Virus record (IMG/VR): IMGVR_UViG_3300037067_027627
Source: a virus
Taxonomy: Duplodnaviria > Heunggongvirae > Uroviricota > Caudoviricetes
Reading direction: 5' to 3' (one strand)
Length of the DNA: 17,295 nucleotides
Part shown: one piece after another, positions 16,196 through 17,295 of the stretch
How positions within the stretch are numbered: the first letter of the stretch is position 1
How the letters are laid out: each line of letters begins with the position of its first letter
Notes under the pieces: model-generated
Database searches by the model: none
The model's input: only the letters and a program-made list of their open reading frames with translations
Told to the model about the DNA's origin: nothing
Translations under genes and position numbers: made by a program

Positions 16196-16267
16196 TACGC
16201 GCAGGAGGAATTGAACCTCCATATAAGCCTTATAAGGACTCCCTACTCACCATTGTAGTATGCGCGC
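16196..16267 (-). tRNA. trnI: tRNA-Ile(UAU)
   Basis: Acceptor GCGCGCA/TGCGCGT. D stem CTAC/GTAG. Anticodon arm GAGTC-CTTATAA-GGCTT. T arm GGAGG-TTCAATT-CCTCC. Confidence 0.88.
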
Positions 16268-16278
16268 AAGATATTATT

Positions 16279-16367
16279 TGCCCGGGGTTTCCGGCCATAG
16301 ACCCCGGGCTGACCCAGCTGCTAGCACCACCAATTCTTGTTTATACGGACGGGAATTGGAAACGTCC
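16279..16367 (-). ncRNA. Candidate structured small RNA between the two Ile tRNAs
   Basis: Two GC-rich hairpins, GGACG..CGTCC and GCCCGGGGT..ACCCCGGGC. No family recognised. Confidence 0.3.
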
Positions 16368-16368
16368 A

Positions 16369-16439
16369 TGCACCCACGAGGAATCGAACCTCGGTACCCG
16401 CTGTATCAGAACGGAGTCCTGCCGTTGAACGATGAGTGC
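16369..16439 (-). tRNA. trnI: tRNA-Ile(GAU)
   Basis: Acceptor GCACTCA/TGGGTGC. Anticodon arm CCGTT-CTGATAC-AGCGG. T arm CGAGG-TTCGATT-CCTCG. Confidence 0.88.
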
Positions 16440-16463
16440 TCCATAGATCGTGAGATGGAATAG

Positions 16464-16471
16464 TTTAAATA
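16464..16471. promoter_or_regulatory. Probable bidirectional TATA box (TTTAAATA)
   Basis: About 25 nt from tRNA-Ile(GAU) position 1 on the minus strand and about 22 nt from the ATG at 16493 on the plus strand. Confidence 0.55.
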
Positions 16472-16492
16472 TCTTTGCAGAGATGAGATATC

Positions 16493-16627
16493 ATGGCAGA
16501 AAGTGTTGTCCACGTTAAGGATACCGATGCAGGACATGTATTAATCGATTTTTTATATAATGTCATAGGAGAATATTTAGATCCAGACGAAGAGTATCAG
16601 TTCGAAATTATTATACGTAAAATTTAA
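16493..16627 (+). CDS. 44-aa protein not in the ORF track, possible AbrB/SpoVT-like swapped-hairpin DNA-binding protein
   Basis: MAESVVHVKDTDAGHVLIDFLYNVIGEYLDPDEEYQFEIIIRKI. Exactly fills the gap between the TATA box and the tRNA-Val 3' end. Confidence 0.55.
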   Translation: MAESVVHVKDTDAGHVLIDFLYNVIGEYLDPDEEYQFEIIIRKI

Positions 16628-16698
16628 TACACCCAGACGGTAACGCTCCGTCGTATCCCGGATGTCAACCGGGTATTCTTCTTTTGAATCATGGGTGT
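16628..16698 (-). tRNA. Non-canonical tRNA-Val(GAC) lacking D-loop GG and T-loop TTC
   Basis: ACACCCA TG ATTC AAAAGAA GAAT A CCCGG TTGACAT CCGGG ATAC GACGG AGCGTTA CCGTC TGGGTGT A. All 21 stem pairs are Watson-Crick with canonical spacing. Confidence 0.8.
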
Positions 16699-17096
16699 TC
16701 TATTGTATTAAGTATTTGATTCCACGACATATTAAAGTATTTCATTGCCCAATGGATTGGCTTGTGGCATGGAAGGCAAACCCGCACAAACTCTTCCGGA
16801 TGCTTAAACACGTATTCTTTCCCTTTTGGGTGTTTTATGCCATTTTTCCTGTGGCAGATCAGATACTGGTTCGATTTGCATATCGCGCATTTACTTCCAA
16901 CAAGTCTGTCTATTTCCGAATCTACGAATTTTCTATGTTCTTTGTTACTCTTTCGTCTACTCGCAAGGTTGCGTGTTCGTCTTTCTTCTGGTGTCAACTT
17001 CGGGGCATTCACAATTTTTGTCGGAATCCCCTTATGTTTTCTTCTAGCCCACTCACGCTGATAATTCGTGTTTTTCGTTTTATCTTTGAATGGCAT
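16689..17096 (-). CDS. HNH-like Zn-binding endonuclease with basic N-terminal region
   Basis: CAIC..LICH..VCLPCHKPIH. The residue usually Asn before the second CxxC is not evident, so activity is uncertain. Confidence 0.65.
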   Translation of the reverse strand: MPFKDKTKNTNYQREWARRKHKGIPTKIVNAPKLTPEERRTRNLASRRKSNKEHRKFVDSEIDRLVGSKCAICKSNQYLICHRKNGIKHPKGKEYVFKHPEEFVRVCLPCHKPIHWAMKYFNMSWNQILNTIEHP

Positions 17097-17099
17097 GTA

Positions 17100-17190
17100 A
17101 GCCGGACGAGGGATTCGAACCCCCTAACTCCGCATTTCCTGTCATGTTATGATTACAGGTGCGGTGCGGCTCCAATGCCGCCTGTCCGGC
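17100..17190 (-). tRNA. trnT: tRNA-Thr(UGU) with 18-nt intron at 37/38; atypical A8, C33 and 5-bp D stem
   Basis: Acceptor GCCGGAC/GTCCGGC with U73. Anticodon stem CCGCA/TGCGG. Spliced loop CCTGTAA. T-loop TTCGAAT. Confidence 0.82.
17136..17153 (-). other. Archaeal BHB tRNA intron (ATCATAACATGACAGGAA)
   Basis: Central helix CCTG/CAGG flanked by 3-nt bulges TAA and AAA. Intron stem TCAT/ATGA. Confidence 0.85.
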
Positions 17191-17193
17191 ATA

Positions 17194-17264
17194 TGTCTCC
17201 ATCCGGACTCGAACCGGAACACTGCGGTCTTCAGCCGCATATACTCCCTCTATACTATGGAGAC
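17194..17264 (-). tRNA. trnF: tRNA-Phe(GAA)
   Basis: Acceptor GTCTCCA/TGGAGAC. Anticodon arm TGCGG-CTGAAGA-CCGCA. T arm TCCGG-TTCGAGT-CCGGA. Confidence 0.92.
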
Positions 17265-17295
17265 TTCTGGCATCATACTGGTGCCTTGCCTATAT

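Noticed and set aside
16292-16340. CGGCCATAG resembling the start of archaeal 5S rRNA
   Set aside because: The similarity stops after about 9 nt, and the downstream 5S helices and motifs are absent.
15991-16463. ORFs 15991-16173, 16174-16428 and 16260-16463
   Set aside because: They run through tRNA genes, which explain the sequence.
11566-17264. tRNA genes as integration (att) sites
   Set aside because: No integrase and no duplicated tRNA 3' fragment in the window.
17265-17295. Small hairpin GGCA..TGCC upstream of tRNA-Phe
   Set aside because: Only 4 bp long and cut by the window edge, so it cannot be interpreted.

Overview
This window looks like part of an archaeal virus, or another large extrachromosomal element of an archaeon. 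The sequence evidence is TATA-box promoters, a BHB tRNA intron, archaeal-type tRNA-Arg(GCG) and tRNA-Tyr(C1-G72), and a Pth2. No host housekeeping operon is present. Bases 1-10.9 kb hold virion-type genes: a fibre with 90-nt repeats, three paralogous beta-rich proteins, a 1204-aa protein, a candidate capsid gene pair, a GT2/methyltransferase/GT4 cluster and tail-anchored proteins. Bases 10.9-17.3 kb hold a minus-strand array of 15 CCA-less tRNA genes. The array is interleaved with a compact class II CCA-adding enzyme, a Pth2 peptidyl-tRNA hydrolase, a Mesh1/SAH-like HD hydrolase and an HNH-like protein. Together these suggest a tRNA 3'-end supply and repair module (inference). Several tRNAs are non-canonical: a hidden Val(GAC) with perfect stems but no D-loop GG or T-loop TTC, three genes with C33, and an Ile(UAU). 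Two protein genes have stop codons overlapping a tRNA 5' end. All calls are by eye, and no database searches were run.
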